DNA of 32,000 nucleotides from Candidatus Tremblayella phenacoccinincola (lineage in GTDB: Bacteria; Pseudomonadota; Gammaproteobacteria; Burkholderiales; Burkholderiaceae). Position numbers and translations under genes: made by a program. Below are positions 13,550-24,243 of the stretch, piece by piece. Position 1 is the stretch's first letter, and every line of letters begins with the position of its first letter. The notes beneath the pieces are model-generated. The model was not told the origin of the DNA. It worked only from the letters and a program-made list of their open reading frames with translations, and searched no databases. The DNA is taken from positions 31,039 to 63,038 of the forward strand of contig NZ_VMQO03000002.1 in the NCBI RefSeq assembly GCF_009805595.3, given 5' to 3'.

Positions 13550-13945
13550 CTATGAAATATGACATATCACTTCTCCTCCTACATTAAGTTTCTTCGCCAG
13601 CTTATCAGTGATTGTACCTTTGGAAGTAGCGAGGATAGTTATTCCAAGGCCATTCAGATGAGGTTTTATATTGGTGTGTTTATTGTATATTCTCAGTCCG
13701 GGTTTGGATATTTGGTTTATGCAACTAATAACAGGCTTTTCGTCCATATATTTTAGCAATATGTTTAGCTTTAAATACCTCTTGCTAGAGCTACATACAA
13801 AGAATGTTTTTATGTAACCTTCTCTTTTTAAAACTCTTACTATGGAACATACGGCTTCTGAAAATGGAACAACCACCTGAACCTTCTTTGTAGCTTGTGC
13901 GTTCCTGATGTTCGTTAAAAGGCTTGCAACGGAATCTCTGTTCAT
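13550..13945 (-). CDS. rpsH: 30S ribosomal protein S8
   Basis: 131 aa. D.VASLLTNIRNAQ...VLKREGYI...ISKPGLRIY...GLGITILATSKG...GGEVICHI. Confidence 0.93.
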   Translation of the reverse strand: MNRDSVASLLTNIRNAQATKKVQVVVPFSEAVCSIVRVLKREGYIKTFFVCSSSKRYLKLNILLKYMDEKPVISCINQISKPGLRIYNKHTNIKPHLNGLGITILATSKGTITDKLAKKLNVGGEVICHIS

Positions 13946-13950
13946 CTTCG

Positions 13951-14256
13951 CTACCAGCTCGAAAGTGAAAGACCGGGTATTTCACCGTTAAAAGCAAGCT
14001 CTCTAATACACATTCGAGCAAGCCCAAAACACCTGAATACGCCTCTTGCTCGACCTGTAACAACACAACGGCTTCTTCTTCTTACATCGCTTGAGTCTCT
14101 TGGTAACTTATGGAGCTTTGTACGTATGCATTGCTTTTCGGATGTGCTCACTGTGGAGCACCTAAGTAGGTTTTTTAGCAAGTTACGATAAGCGAAATGT
14201 TTTACTCTCAGCGTAGCCCGTTTCTTTTCTCTTTCTATTACAGAAGCCTTAGCCAT
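13951..14256 (-). CDS. rpsN: 30S ribosomal protein S14 (long form)
   Basis: 101 aa. MAKASVIEREKKR...LPRDSS.VRRRSRC..TGRARGVFR.FGLARMCIRELAFNGEIPGL..SSW. Confidence 0.93.
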   Translation of the reverse strand: MAKASVIEREKKRATLRVKHFAYRNLLKNLLRCSTVSTSEKQCIRTKLHKLPRDSSDVRRRSRCVVTGRARGVFRCFGLARMCIRELAFNGEIPGLSLSSW

Positions 14257-14857
14257 GTTCGGTGTCCTTAAATGGAAAGTTAAAGAGGGTTAACAAGTGT
14301 TTTGCTCGTTCTTGGGATTTGGTATTCGTTACTATGCAGATGTTCATTCCGCTGTCTACGTTACCTTCTGCATAATTGAATTCAGGGAAAACCATCTGAT
14401 CTAATATACCTATGTTCAAGTTACCGAACGAATCGAAGGACTTAGTTGGTATTCCTCTAAAGTCTCTTAGTCTTGGTAATGAAATGTTAACTAGCTTATT
14501 TAAGAAGTCAAACATCCGTTCATTTCTGATAGTTACTTTTAGACCGACTGCGTCTCCTTGCTTAATCTTAAAGTTGGCAATTGCCTTAGAGGCCTTTGTA
14601 ACTACAGGCTTTTGTCCTGAGATATTGGCTAAGCTCTCTGCTAGCTTTTCTATCTTTATTCTTTCAGAAATAGCTTTACCAAGCCCCACAGTTAAAACAA
14701 CTTTAACTAACCTAGGCACTTCCATAAATGAGTTGGTTTTAAACCTCTTGGTCAATTCAGAAGTGGTTGAACCTAAGTAATGTGATAAATATCTGAAGTT
14801 GTAATTCATGTTCTTAGCGCTTAACTTCGATATGGTTTCTTGTTTTGGGTTTAGCAT
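14249..14857 (-). CDS. rplE: 50S ribosomal protein L5 with N-terminal extension (alternative start 14809)
   Basis: 202 aa. FMEVPRLVKVVLTVGLG...GQKPVVTKASKAIANFKIKQG..VGLKVT.R...DFRG matches L5. The start overlaps the rplN stop as TAATG. The canonical L5 N-terminus aligns from MNYNFRY, the internal ATG at 14809. Confidence 0.9.
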   Translation of the reverse strand: MLNPKQETISKLSAKNMNYNFRYLSHYLGSTTSELTKRFKTNSFMEVPRLVKVVLTVGLGKAISERIKIEKLAESLANISGQKPVVTKASKAIANFKIKQGDAVGLKVTIRNERMFDFLNKLVNISLPRLRDFRGIPTKSFDSFGNLNIGILDQMVFPEFNYAEGNVDSGMNICIVTNTKSQERAKHLLTLFNFPFKDTEHG

Positions 14858-15225
14858 TACAGAACCTCCTGTGCTAAAGAAATTACTTTAACAAAGCTCA
14901 AGTCTTTAAGTTCTCTTGCCACAGGCCCAAAGATTCTACTTCCGATAGGTTCATATTTGCAATTCAACAAGACAACAGAATTATCATCAAACCTAATAAT
15001 TGAACCATCAGCTCTATATAAACCCTTTTTCGTCCTAACAATCAGCGCACTATGGACTTCCCCTTTTTTAACCTTTCCCTTTGGAACTGCTTCTTTAATA
15101 CTTACTTTTATTATACATCCGATGTTAGCGTATCTTCGCTTTGAACCTCCCAACACTTTAATACAGGCTACCGCTTTAGCTCCTGAGTTATCAGTAACGT
15201 TTAATATAGACTCTGTTTGTATCAT
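14857..15225 (-). CDS. rplN: 50S ribosomal protein L14
   Basis: 122 aa. [17 protein letters not shown]...[38 protein letters not shown]. Confidence 0.96.
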   Translation of the reverse strand: MIQTESILNVTDNSGAKAVACIKVLGGSKRRYANIGCIIKVSIKEAVPKGKVKKGEVHSALIVRTKKGLYRADGSIIRFDDNSVVLLNCKYEPIGSRIFGPVARELKDLSFVKVISLAQEVL

Positions 15226-15234
15226 ATTCTTGAA

Positions 15235-15471
15235 TCAGCTGTTAAAAGCAAACAACGCCGTCCATGACTTAGTTTTAGATATAGGCTTAACATTCACTAT
15301 ATGAACTATCTCTCCAACCTTAAACATATTGTTTTCGTCATGCACTTGAAGCCTTTTCTTTTTGGAAACATATTTATTGTACAGACTGTGTTTGTGTTTA
15401 GAGTTGACTGTCACGGTAATGGTTTTGTTACTCTTTCTTGAACTAACCACAGCTTTTATTGTATGTGCCAT
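15235..15471 (-). CDS. rpsQ: 30S ribosomal protein S17
   Basis: 78 aa. VVSSRKSNKTITVTV...HSLYNKYV.KKKRLQVHDENN..KVGE.V.I....PISKTKSW. Confidence 0.9.
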   Translation of the reverse strand: MAHTIKAVVSSRKSNKTITVTVNSKHKHSLYNKYVSKKKRLQVHDENNMFKVGEIVHIVNVKPISKTKSWTALFAFNS

Positions 15472-15683
15472 GTTGTATTTCCTTTTAGTGTTAAACGACG
15501 TAATAAGTTGTTCAATAGGTTTAACCTAACATCCGAACTTCCAACTGTTTGAGCTTGCACCTGTTTAGTCTTAAATGCTTTGGTTCTGACTTTGGATGTT
15601 AACAGAAGACTCACTAGCTTATTGAGTTCTTGCTTCAACGTACGTACACAGTAGGAAAGAGTTCCAGAATAAACGCAGTTCAT
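15456..15683 (-). CDS. rpmC: 50S ribosomal protein L29 (divergent)
   Basis: 75-aa ORF in the syntenic slot between rplP and rpsQ. Only a weak helical L29-like pattern is visible (LKQELNKL ... LRRL), so the call rests mainly on position. Confidence 0.65.
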   Translation of the reverse strand: MNCVYSGTLSYCVRTLKQELNKLVSLLLTSKVRTKAFKTKQVQAQTVGSSDVRLNLLNNLLRRLTLKGNTTWHIQ

Positions 15684-16091
15684 CTAAGCCCTACATACAA
15701 ACATCGTCTTTAGGGGTAACTTAGCAGCGGCTAGTTTTAATGCTTTCCTGGCCGCAGTTGGTTCCGTACCGCATATTTCATACAATACTTTCCCGGGTTG
15801 TGCTACAAATACATAGTGTTCAGGATTACCTTTGCCATTGCCCATTCTAACTTCAGCTGGCTTTTTTGTAATTGGTTTATCAGGAAATACTCGGATTAAT
15901 ACTTTGCCACCTCTCTTCAGATGATGTGTAATAGACCGTCTTGCTGCTTCTATTTGTTTAGAAGTTATTCTACCTCTTGATACTGACTTCAAACCAAACT
16001 CACCAAATGAAACATTGTTTCCGCTTTGAGCTATACCTTTATTTCGACCCTTTTTGTCTTTACGGAACTTTCTTTTCCTAGGCTGTAACAT
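15684..16091 (-). CDS. rplP: 50S ribosomal protein L16
   Basis: The canonical N-terminus [19 protein letters not shown] starts at the ATG at 16091 (CAT at 16089-16091 verified). The ORF-track start at 16181 lies inside rpsC and is rejected. The gene overlaps the rpsC stop by 14 nt. Confidence 0.92.
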   Translation of the reverse strand: MLQPRKRKFRKDKKGRNKGIAQSGNNVSFGEFGLKSVSRGRITSKQIEAARRSITHHLKRGGKVLIRVFPDKPITKKPAEVRMGNGKGNPEHYVFVAQPGKVLYEICGTEPTAARKALKLAAAKLPLKTMFVCRA

Positions 16092-16725
16092 AAGACCAAA
16101 CCTTAAGGTTACCCTTGTATATCCATACCTTAACACCAATAGTACCGTATGTTGTTTTGGCATTGGACGTTGAATAATCAATATCAGCGTTCAGAGTCTG
16201 AAGTGGTATTTTACCTTCCTTATACCACTCTTTACGCGCTATTTCAGCACCACCTAGACGTCCAGCACACATTACTTTTATGCCTAGCGCACCTTGACGT
16301 ATGGAACCACTAACAACTCGTTTAATGATTCGTTTAAATGATACTCTTTTTTCTAGCTGTTCTGCTATGCCTTCAGCAACTAGACTAGCATCAAGCTCTG
16401 GCTTTGATATTTCTTCTACTGATATATTTACTGGAACTTGCACCAGGTGTTTAACCTCGGACTTTAAAGTATCGATATCCCCACCTTTCTTGCCAATGAT
16501 AGTACCAGGCTTAGAGCTATGCACAATTATCTTTATGTTCTTAGGAAACCTTTCAATCATGACCCTTCCTACAGATGTTCTCCTAAACTTATCTTTTAAG
16601 ACCCGCCTTAACTTAATGTCCTCCTTTAGAAAAGATGGAAAAGTATAGCTATTCGCATACCATCTGGAATACCAATTAAATCTAGCACACACCCTAAATA
16701 TGTTAGGATTAACTTTTTGCCCCAT
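16078..16725 (-). CDS. rpsC: 30S ribosomal protein S3
   Basis: 215 aa. [11 protein letters not shown]...KH domain...[12 protein letters not shown]...[29 protein letters not shown]. Confidence 0.95.
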   Translation of the reverse strand: MGQKVNPNIFRVCARFNWYSRWYANSYTFPSFLKEDIKLRRVLKDKFRRTSVGRVMIERFPKNIKIIVHSSKPGTIIGKKGGDIDTLKSEVKHLVQVPVNISVEEISKPELDASLVAEGIAEQLEKRVSFKRIIKRVVSGSIRQGALGIKVMCAGRLGGAEIARKEWYKEGKIPLQTLNADIDYSTSNAKTTYGTIGVKVWIYKGNLKVWSYVTA

Positions 16726-16731
16726 ATATCA

Positions 16732-17070
16732 TCAGCTAATCTCAAAGATAATAGAAACATGGCAGCTTTGCTTTTCTAGGTAGTTTATCCTGCCTTTTGC
16801 CCTAGGCCATGGTTTTAACCTGGAAGAAGCCTTATCAACACTAATAGTTTTAATCTTCAGGTTTGTAACGTTGGTATTGTGGCTGTACTTTATGGCCTGA
16901 ACTGCGGATTGAATCAGTCTCTTAAGTAAGCAGGCAGCTTTTCTCTTGTGAAAAGATAATAGCTCTGTGGTCTTGGAAGCTGGTACATTGTTGAATTCCC
17001 TACTTAATGACCTAACCTTTTGTGCTGACATTTGGATACACCTGTATATTACTTTTGTATTCATGCTCAT
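16732..17070 (-). CDS. rplV: 50S ribosomal protein L22
   Basis: 112 aa. MSAQKVRSLSREF... and ...PRAKGRINYLEKQSCHVSII match L22. The position between rpsS and rpsC also fits. Confidence 0.88.
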   Translation of the reverse strand: MSMNTKVIYRCIQMSAQKVRSLSREFNNVPASKTTELLSFHKRKAACLLKRLIQSAVQAIKYSHNTNVTNLKIKTISVDKASSRLKPWPRAKGRINYLEKQSCHVSIIFEIS

Positions 17071-17109
17071 TTGTTTTATTGGGGTTGGAGTTAAAGAACA
17101 TTGTTTCCG

Positions 17110-17412
17110 TTACTTTTTCAACCTATCATGTCTCTCCTTGTTCCTTGGTTGCTTTTCCTTAGAATGTCCGTGAAATGTTCGGGTTGGTGCAAACTCTCCT
17201 AACTTATGGCCAACCATTTCTTCAAGTATTTGAATAGGAATATGTAGCTTACCATTGTGGACAAGAACAGTTAAACCAACGAATTCAGGAATAATCACAG
17301 ACTGTCTAGACCAGGTCTTAACCCTTTCTTTTAACTTAAGCTTTAAGATTCGGTTAACTCTATTTAGAAGCGAAGGTGAACAGAATGGACCCTTGGATAT
17401 CGAACGAGTCAT
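17110..17412 (-). CDS. rpsS: 30S ribosomal protein S19
   Basis: 100 aa. TRSISKGPF....LL........KTWSR.S.IIPEFVGLTVLVHNGK.HIPI.I.EEMVGHKLGEFAPTRTF.GH. Confidence 0.95.
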   Translation of the reverse strand: MTRSISKGPFCSPSLLNRVNRILKLKLKERVKTWSRQSVIIPEFVGLTVLVHNGKLHIPIQILEEMVGHKLGEFAPTRTFHGHSKEKQPRNKERHDRLKK

Positions 17413-17413
17413 A

Positions 17414-18169
17414 TTACCTCCTTTTGTTTATGATAAGCTTGTCAGTTTGCTTGTTGTTTCTAGTTTTAAAACCTTTAGTTGGGGTACCCCAAGGACTTAC
17501 AGGATGTCGTCCAGCGGTTGTTTTACCTTCACCTCCACCATGAGGATGATCAATTGGGTTCATTGCTACACCACGAACTGTTGGTCTTATTCCCAACCAT
17601 CTTCTCTTACCTGCTTTTTCAAGACTAGATAAGTTGTGTTTAATATTACCTACGATACCAACAGTTGCTCGACACTCTTTGTTTATTAGCCTCACTTCTC
17701 CTGACTTTAACCTAATCTGTGTGTAATGGCTAGTGTTTGAAAGAATAGTCGCGTATGAGCCAGCAGACCTAGAAAGCTTTGCGCCATTAGCTGGAGTTAA
17801 TTCGATACAATGCACGTTTGTTCCTGAATATATGAGACCGATTGGCAAGCTGTTACCAACCTGAACAGGTACACATCTACCAGATACAATGACGCTTCCA
17901 ATGGCTAAGCTGTTTGGGGCAATGATGTAGCGCCTTTCTCCATCTGTATATAGAATTAGTGATATGTTAGCGCTTCTATTAGGATCGTATTCAGTTTTTT
18001 CTACCTTCCCTAAAATGTAGTCTTTGTTTCTATAGAAGTCTATTGACCTATAGCTTCTTTTGTGACCACAGCCTCTGTGTCTAACTGTGATCGTGCCAAT
18101 GTTATTACGTCCTGAACACTTGCTTTCCGTTCTTAGTAGTTTTGGGTAAGGAATATTCTTGATCAGCAT
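17414..18169 (-). CDS. rplB: 50S ribosomal protein L2 (N-terminally shortened)
   Basis: 251 aa. GRNN.G.ITVRHRG.GHKR.YR.IDF.R.K...G.V...[24 protein letters not shown] and [18 protein letters not shown] match L2. Confidence 0.96.
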   Translation of the reverse strand: MLIKNIPYPKLLRTESKCSGRNNIGTITVRHRGCGHKRSYRSIDFYRNKDYILGKVEKTEYDPNRSANISLILYTDGERRYIIAPNSLAIGSVIVSGRCVPVQVGNSLPIGLIYSGTNVHCIELTPANGAKLSRSAGSYATILSNTSHYTQIRLKSGEVRLINKECRATVGIVGNIKHNLSSLEKAGKRRWLGIRPTVRGVAMNPIDHPHGGGEGKTTAGRHPVSPWGTPTKGFKTRNNKQTDKLIINKRR

Positions 18170-18462
18170 TCATAGTCTCTTGGTAAGAAGTTATATAAAC
18201 GAATGTATGCTTTCTTCATTATCTTTTTCCTTAAGAGCTTTTGATGTGTGTTCTTGTTCTTAAGTCTCCGTTTGTGAGTTGGCACATTAAGCGAGTTGAT
18301 ACTGACTTTGAAATGTATTGGATCGAGTGCTAAATGTAGTGCTTCTTTAAGTTTATGGTTGGTTGCTTTTTTGCTAACATCAAGTACAAAGTAACTGCTG
18401 TTTAATTTATTCGTAAGCTTTCGGTTCTTTATTATTGTGTATTGGGTGGGAGTTTTCATCAA
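18163..18462 (-). CDS. rplW: 50S ribosomal protein L23 (divergent)
   Basis: 99 aa in the syntenic slot between rplD and rplB. The KKAYIRL motif is near the C-terminus, as in L23. Confidence 0.8.
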   Translation of the reverse strand: MMKTPTQYTIIKNRKLTNKLNSSYFVLDVSKKATNHKLKEALHLALDPIHFKVSINSLNVPTHKRRLKNKNTHQKLLRKKIMKKAYIRLYNFLPRDYEC

Positions 18463-19091
18463 AGAGATTCCTGAAGCTTGAGGATGCCTTTTAGAGTGAA
18501 GAAGGCATTGTTGAACAGAAGCAGGTTGTATGGGTTAACTTCAGCATACGTCATAGTTGATATTCCTCTGACATTCCGAAGGGCTAAAAACAACTCAACA
18601 CACATTTCTGACTTTTCAACAACGACTAATGATGGAGTCTTTTGTAGATGTTTATTCGAGTTTAGGAATAGCCCAGCTTTAGTTGAAAGAGCTAGAACTT
18701 CATTTACAACGTAGAGCTTATCTTTTGTCACGAACTCAGAGAGTATGTATTGTAGCGCTTTCTTGTATACTTTCTTGTTAATCTTAACTGAATAGTTTTT
18801 ATACAAGGAACTTGGAAAAGCTCTACCTCCACCTCTCCATATAGGACTAGAAGACATGCCTGCCCTCGCTCGTCCTGAACCTTTTTGGACCCAAGGCTTC
18901 CTGGTGCTGTGTTTCACACTGGCTCTGTTTTTCTGAACGCTTTGTGCTATCCTTGAGTTAGAGCGATAGGAGGTAACAACTTGGTGTATTAAAGGTTTGT
19001 TTGGCTTTAATAAAAATATAGAATCACTTAAGATTACAGAACCAGCATAGTTTAACCCACAATCAAAGACTAATATATTTAACCTCATCAC
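18459..19091 (-). CDS. rplD: 50S ribosomal protein L4 (GTG at 19091 or ATG at 19088)
   Basis: 210 aa. KPW.QKGSGRARAG..SSPIWRGGGRAFP matches L4. The start overlaps the rplC TGA stop. Confidence 0.92.
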   Translation of the reverse strand: MMRLNILVFDCGLNYAGSVILSDSIFLLKPNKPLIHQVVTSYRSNSRIAQSVQKNRASVKHSTRKPWVQKGSGRARAGMSSSPIWRGGGRAFPSSLYKNYSVKINKKVYKKALQYILSEFVTKDKLYVVNEVLALSTKAGLFLNSNKHLQKTPSLVVVEKSEMCVELFLALRNVRGISTMTYAEVNPYNLLLFNNAFFTLKGILKLQESL

Positions 19092-19711
19092 ACCAACCTC
19101 ATTGAAAGCCTGCTGCCTTTGAAACCTGGAACGGCACCCTTCACTAGAACAAAACCTAGTGTTCTAGATACATAACAGATCTCTAAGTTTTTAACGGTAA
19201 CTAAGTTTGTACCCAAATGACCTGGCATCTTTTTTCTTTTAAATACTTTACCTGGACTTTGGTTCATTCCTGTAGAACCAGGGACATTATGTGATTTAGA
19301 GTTTCCATGTGTTGCTCTACCAGAATTGAAGTTATATCGTTTAATTGTTCCAGCAAAGCCTTTTCCAATGCAGCGTCCTTTAACATTTATCTTTCTGCCA
19401 ACGTACAAAGCTTTGCTCAGTGGGAAACCTTCATTGTTAAACAAGTCCTTACATAGCTCTTTGAGTGCTTTAGATACTTTTAAGGTATTTCCTAAACAAC
19501 AGTTGTATTTTAGGTATTGTCCTAACTGAGCTCTATTCATTCTAGGCTTTGTTCTTTCAGAGAATATGAGGTGAACCTTCTGTTCAGTTGGGTTTCTCTG
19601 AGATAGAAAGTTACCTGAAGTGTTTAATATTGAAGCTGGAATTACTTCGCCGTCCTTTTTATATATACGGGTCATACCTAACTTAACGCAGGGTAAATAC
19701 AGAGCTTCCAT
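19088..19711 (-). CDS. rplC: 50S ribosomal protein L3
   Basis: 207 aa. GKGFAGTIKRYNF..GRATHGNSKSHN.PGSTG..Q.PGKVFK.KKMPGHLG. Confidence 0.95.
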   Translation of the reverse strand: MEALYLPCVKLGMTRIYKKDGEVIPASILNTSGNFLSQRNPTEQKVHLIFSERTKPRMNRAQLGQYLKYNCCLGNTLKVSKALKELCKDLFNNEGFPLSKALYVGRKINVKGRCIGKGFAGTIKRYNFNSGRATHGNSKSHNVPGSTGMNQSPGKVFKRKKMPGHLGTNLVTVKNLEICYVSRTLGFVLVKGAVPGFKGSRLSMRLV

Positions 19712-19724
19712 AGGTTTGCCAAGG

Positions 19725-20045
19725 TTAAAGTTTAACGCTAATGTGTATTTCAGCTGGGATGACCATTCTCATCAAAAACTCAACAGTGTTAATGGTTGGC
19801 TGTGTTATCAAAAGTAGTCTCTTGTGGGTTCGGATTTCTAGTTGGTCTCTTGCTTTTTTGTCGATATGCGGAGACCTAAGAACAGTAATCTTTTGTATTT
19901 TTCTAGGTAGTGGAATCGGACCGCTTAACTGTGAGCCAGTCTTTACGACCATATTAACAACTTGTTTTATATATTTACCTATAAGACTCCGATTAAATGA
20001 TTTAACCTTTATTCTAATATTACTAGGAGTCGTTCCAATATTCAT
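19725..20045 (-). CDS. rpsJ: 30S ribosomal protein S10
   Basis: 106 aa. IRIK.KSF....I......V.......G....GPIPLP.K....TVLRSPH.DKKARDQ.EIRTHKRL. matches S10. It abuts tuf with no spacer. Confidence 0.95.
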   Translation of the reverse strand: MNIGTTPSNIRIKVKSFNRSLIGKYIKQVVNMVVKTGSQLSGPIPLPRKIQKITVLRSPHIDKKARDQLEIRTHKRLLLITQPTINTVEFLMRMVIPAEIHISVKL

Positions 20046-21236
20046 TTACTTTATGACTTTTGTGACTAAACCTGCCCCAATAGTCTTACCTCCTTCTCTA
20101 ACTGCAAAACGTAGACCTTCTTCCATAGCAATAGGGGCAATAAGAGTAACGATTATGTGGACGTTATCGCCTGGCATTACCATCTCAACTCCTTCTGGAA
20201 GCTCTATAGTTCCAGTGACATCAGTGGTCCGAAAGTAAAACTGAGGTTTGTAGTTGCTATAAAACGGTGTGTGTCTCCCCCCTTCTCCTTTATTTAAAAT
20301 ATACACTTCAGCTGAAAAGCTAATGTGGGGAGTTATTGTTCCTGGTTTAGATAACACCTGTCCTCGTTCTACATCTTCGCGTTTAACGCCTCTGAGTAAG
20401 ATACCAACATTATCCCCTGCTTGGCCTAGGTCTAAAAGCTTTCGAAACATCTCAACTCCAGTACAAATAGTTTTTATCGTGCTTCTTAGACCAACTATTT
20501 CTACTTCTTCTCCAGGTTTAACTGTGCCTCTTTCCACTCTACCAGTCACAACCGTGCCTCGACCAGATATAGAAAATACATCTTCTACTGGCATTAGGAA
20601 TGGTTTATCAATTGGTCTTTTAGGTTCTGGAATATAATTATCCAATGCTTCAGCAAGCTTCAGTATGGAACCTTCTCCTAATTCACCTTTGTCTCCATCC
20701 AAAGCTAACTTAGCAGAGCCTCTGATTATGGGAACTGATTCGCCTGGAAACCCGTATTTTGACAATAACTCTCTAACTTCCATTTCCACTAATTCCAATA
20801 GCTCTTCATCAGTAACAGTATCACATTTGTTTAAATATACAATGATGTGAGGCACTCCTACTTGTCTAGCTAAAAGGACATGTTCTCTTGTTTGAGGCAT
20901 AGGTCCATCAACAGCAGAACAGACAAGAACCGCTCCATCCATTTGTGCAGCTCCAGTGATCATATTCTTTATATAATCCGCGTGGCCTGGACAGTCAACG
21001 TGCGCATAGTGTCTGTGTTTAGTTTCATATTCAATATGTGCTGTATTTATAGTAATTCCCCTGGCCCGCTCTTCAGGTGCTGCGTCTATATCTTCGTATC
21101 TCTTTACTTCTCCACCGAACTTGGAGGACAAAACGTTTGTTATTGCAGCTGTAAGTGTAGTCTTTCCATGATCTACGTGACCAATAGTACCAACGTTAAT
21201 ATGCACTTTCTTCCTTTCGAACTTTGGTTTAGCCAT
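20046..21236 (-). CDS. tuf: Elongation factor Tu
   Basis: 396 aa and highly conserved, with [17 protein letters not shown] and NKCD. The motifs [42 protein letters not shown] and [12 protein letters not shown] resemble betaproteobacterial EF-Tu more than E. coli EF-Tu (from memory). Confidence 0.98.
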   Translation of the reverse strand: MAKPKFERKKVHINVGTIGHVDHGKTTLTAAITNVLSSKFGGEVKRYEDIDAAPEERARGITINTAHIEYETKHRHYAHVDCPGHADYIKNMITGAAQMDGAVLVCSAVDGPMPQTREHVLLARQVGVPHIIVYLNKCDTVTDEELLELVEMEVRELLSKYGFPGESVPIIRGSAKLALDGDKGELGEGSILKLAEALDNYIPEPKRPIDKPFLMPVEDVFSISGRGTVVTGRVERGTVKPGEEVEIVGLRSTIKTICTGVEMFRKLLDLGQAGDNVGILLRGVKREDVERGQVLSKPGTITPHISFSAEVYILNKGEGGRHTPFYSNYKPQFYFRTTDVTGTIELPEGVEMVMPGDNVHIIVTLIAPIAMEEGLRFAVREGGKTIGAGLVTKVIK

Positions 21237-21255
21237 GTTTTTTAAAAGTTAAGGT

Positions 21256-23370
21256 TTAATAAAGGGTTTTAAGTTTAAGCCTCTCAATCATATCTTCTTT
21301 CACTTCATTGTAACATTTAAACTTCATTGAATATGTTGCTCGTCCTTGGGACATTGATCTTAAGGAAGTCGAATAGCCAAACATTGAGGACAATGGAACT
21401 TCAGACTTAACTACTTTTATATTATAGCTGGTTTCACTAGCAGACTGAACTATTCCTCTTCGAGCCAATATGTCCCCTACAATATTTCCAAGGTATTCAT
21501 CAGGAGTTTCGATATCTACCATCATTATTGGTTCTAGTAGAACTGGGTTACAACTAAGTAAAGCTTTTTTACAAGCAATGGCTCCTGCCAACCTAAATGC
21601 ATGTTCACTTGAATCAACTTCATGGTAAGAACCAAACACAAGAGAAGCTTTTACGTCTATGACTTGATAACCAGAAACGACTCCAGCTCTTAGTGTGTCT
21701 TGGATTCCTTTACTGACTGATGATATGTATTCTTTAGGTATAACTCCGCCTTTAATTTGATCTTGGAATTCATAGCCTTTGTTCTTATTCGGTTCGACAA
21801 TGATTACCACATGTCCATACTGACCTCTACCTCCTGACTGCTTAATATATTTACCTTCGACTTTACCACTTTTGTTTTTAATTGTTTCTTTGTATGAGAC
21901 TTGAGGTTTTCCTACTTTAACATTCAATCCAAACTCACGTTTCATACGTTCAACTAAAATCTCCAAGTGAAGTTCACCCATACCTGCTATTATTGTTTGA
22001 CCTGACTCTTTCTCGGTATAGGCTTTGAAGGATGGATCTTCTAGTGTTAAGCGACTTAATGTGGTTCCTAGTTTCTCCTGGTCGCTTTTTGTGTTGGGTT
22101 CTATTGCTTGTGATATTACTGGTGTTGGAACAGCTATTTGCTCTAAGACTATAGGGTTGTTTATATCACTGAGCGTGTCGCCAGTGGAAACAGACTTTAA
22201 CCCAACTACAGCTGCAATATCACCAGGTCTAACCTCGCATATGTCTTCTCTGGAATTAGCATGCATTTGAAGTATTCTACCGATTCTTTCTTTTTTGTTC
22301 TTGGAAGCGTTTAACACAGAATCTCCTGTCCTAACTCTACCAGAATACACTCTCACGAAAGCTAACAAACCAACAAAAGGATCAGACATTATTTTAAATA
22401 CAATGGCTAAGAAGCCTTCATCATCTGATGCTGTCCTGCTAACCATTCTTTTACCAATAGTTGACTCTCCTGTAATTGGAGGAATCTCTAAAGGTGACGG
22501 TAAGAAATCAATAACTGCATCTAGTAGCATTTGGATTCCTTTGTTTTTAAAAGCACTTCCGCATAACATTGGTTGAGACAACCCACTGATGGTTTGTTTT
22601 CTTAATAAGGATATAATATCTTCATTGTTTATGCTATTGCTGTGTGTATCACTATATAAATACTTTTCTAAAAAGCTTTCATCGTATTCTGCTATTGATT
22701 CTATCAGTTTCTTACGCCACTCTTCAGCATTCATTCGAGACATTTCTGGTATTTCTTTGTATTCGAACCTTACGCCTTTTGAAGCTTCATCCCAAACGAC
22801 TGACTTCATTTGTATTAAGTCTATTAAGCCTATGAATTGACCTTCGCTGTACAATGGAAGTGAGATTGGAACTGGATTGGCATTTAGCTTTGATTTAAGC
22901 TGTTGGTATACGTTGTTAAAGCTTGCTCCCTGTCTATCCATCTTGTTAACAAAGCATATTCGAGGCACCTTATGTTTTACAGCTTGACGCCATACTGTCT
23001 CAGATTGAGGCTGAACTCCACCTACTCCACAATAAACCATACACACACCATCAAGCACTCGCATTGAGCGTTCAACTTCGATAGTGAAATCTACGTGGCC
23101 TGGAGTATCAATGATGTTAATACGGTGCAGTTCTTTACAGTCTGTCATGCCAGACCAGAAAGTGGTAGTGGCCGCAGAGGTAATAGTTATGCCTCGCTCT
23201 TGCTCTTGTTCCATCCAGTCCATAGTGGCAGTGCCTTCGTGTACTTCTCCGAGCTTATGGTTAACACCTGTATAATATAAAATCCGTTCAGTAGTAGTGG
23301 TTTTACCAGCATCAATATGTGCGCTGATGCCTATATTTCTACAATGCGTGATTGGTGTATTTCTAGACAT
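21256..23370 (-). CDS. fusA: Elongation factor G
   Basis: 704 aa. [38 protein letters not shown] and a full five-domain length. Confidence 0.98.
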   Translation of the reverse strand: MSRNTPITHCRNIGISAHIDAGKTTTTERILYYTGVNHKLGEVHEGTATMDWMEQEQERGITITSAATTTFWSGMTDCKELHRINIIDTPGHVDFTIEVERSMRVLDGVCMVYCGVGGVQPQSETVWRQAVKHKVPRICFVNKMDRQGASFNNVYQQLKSKLNANPVPISLPLYSEGQFIGLIDLIQMKSVVWDEASKGVRFEYKEIPEMSRMNAEEWRKKLIESIAEYDESFLEKYLYSDTHSNSINNEDIISLLRKQTISGLSQPMLCGSAFKNKGIQMLLDAVIDFLPSPLEIPPITGESTIGKRMVSRTASDDEGFLAIVFKIMSDPFVGLLAFVRVYSGRVRTGDSVLNASKNKKERIGRILQMHANSREDICEVRPGDIAAVVGLKSVSTGDTLSDINNPIVLEQIAVPTPVISQAIEPNTKSDQEKLGTTLSRLTLEDPSFKAYTEKESGQTIIAGMGELHLEILVERMKREFGLNVKVGKPQVSYKETIKNKSGKVEGKYIKQSGGRGQYGHVVIIVEPNKNKGYEFQDQIKGGVIPKEYISSVSKGIQDTLRAGVVSGYQVIDVKASLVFGSYHEVDSSEHAFRLAGAIACKKALLSCNPVLLEPIMMVDIETPDEYLGNIVGDILARRGIVQSASETSYNIKVVKSEVPLSSMFGYSTSLRSMSQGRATYSMKFKCYNEVKEDMIERLKLKTLY

Positions 23371-23379
23371 CTAATATAG

Positions 23380-23847
23380 CTAGGTCTTAAAATGACTGAA
23401 AGCCTTGTTGACTTCTGCTAACTTATGCATTTCATCTCGGTATTTTATAGCAGTACCTTTTTTGTTTAGCGCATCCATTAGTTCCTTGTATAGTTTTAAG
23501 CTCATTGTTTTTTCACTCCGAATGGTTGCTGCTGCCTTAATCCATCGTAAGGCTAAAGTTGTTCTTCTGGTGTGTTTGACTTCTACTGGAATACGATAGT
23601 TAGCCCCTCCAACTCTTTTACTTTTAACTTCAACTAATGGTTTAATGTTTTCTAAAGCTTGAAGAAAGAGCTCTAAAGACTTCTCCTGTCTAGGATGTAA
23701 CATACTCAAGGTTGAATAAACTATGTTCTCTGCTTTCGGTTTCTTTCCAGACTTCATTATCACGTTTATGAGTTTTGATATTTCTAAGCATCTATATTTA
23801 AAATCTGTGCAGGGTTGAGCTTTATAGGTTTTCTTTTTTCTAGGCAT
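23380..23847 (-). CDS. rpsG: 30S ribosomal protein S7
   Basis: 155 aa. MPRKK...K.G.K..AE.IVY.....I.P..EVKS.RVGGANY.IPVEV...RR..LA.RW. Confidence 0.95.
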   Translation of the reverse strand: MPRKKKTYKAQPCTDFKYRCLEISKLINVIMKSGKKPKAENIVYSTLSMLHPRQEKSLELFLQALENIKPLVEVKSKRVGGANYRIPVEVKHTRRTTLALRWIKAAATIRSEKTMSLKLYKELMDALNKKGTAIKYRDEMHKLAEVNKAFSHFKT

Positions 23848-23863
23848 GTGGGTTTAGTTATGG

Positions 23864-24238
23864 TTAAGGATTATTCTTCTTTGTCCCATATTTAGAACGT
23901 GACCTTTTCCTATCTTTAACGCCCTTTGAATCTAAGTTTCCTCTAATTATATGATAACGAACTCCTGGTAAATCTTTAACACGTCCACCTCTAATTAAAA
24001 CCATTGAATGCTCTTGGAGATTATGTCCTTCTCCACCGATATAAGATATTACTTCAGGACCATTAACAAGCTTTACTTTTGCGACCTTTCTTAAAGCAGA
24101 GTTTGGCTTTTTGGGCGTAGTGGTATACACTTTAGTACACACACCTCTTTTCTGTGGCGAACCTTGTAATGCTGGACTTTTGCTTTTTTTCTTATACGAG
24201 CTTCTACCGTTTCTGACTAATTGGTTTATCGTTGGCAT
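23864..24238 (-). CDS. rpsL: 30S ribosomal protein S12
   Basis: 124 aa. MPTINQLVR...[66 protein letters not shown]. Confidence 0.98.
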   Translation of the reverse strand: MPTINQLVRNGRSSYKKKSKSPALQGSPQKRGVCTKVYTTTPKKPNSALRKVAKVKLVNGPEVISYIGGEGHNLQEHSMVLIRGGRVKDLPGVRYHIIRGNLDSKGVKDRKRSRSKYGTKKNNP

Positions 24239-24243
24239 ATTCG

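Noticed and set aside
11056-14780. ORFs 11056..11253(+), 11686..11889(-), 11884..12126(+), 12393..12653(+), 13559..13756(+), 13791..14066(-) and 14412..14780(+)
   Set aside because: Each overlaps secY, rplO, rpmD, rpsE, rpsH, rpsN or rplE, either in another frame or on the other strand. The ribosomal and SecY readings are the conserved ones.
16092-16181. The 30-codon N-terminal extension of rplP given by the ORF track (start 16181)
   Set aside because: The extension lies within rpsC. The canonical L16 N-terminus [11 protein letters not shown] begins at the ATG at 16091.
14957-21245. Plus-strand ORFs inside rplN...tuf (for example 14957..15304, 16301..16648, 17255..17632, 19741..20238, 20269..20637, 20880..21245)
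   Set aside because: They are antisense to strongly conserved genes. Long open antisense frames are expected where the sense-strand codon bias avoids the complements of stop codons.
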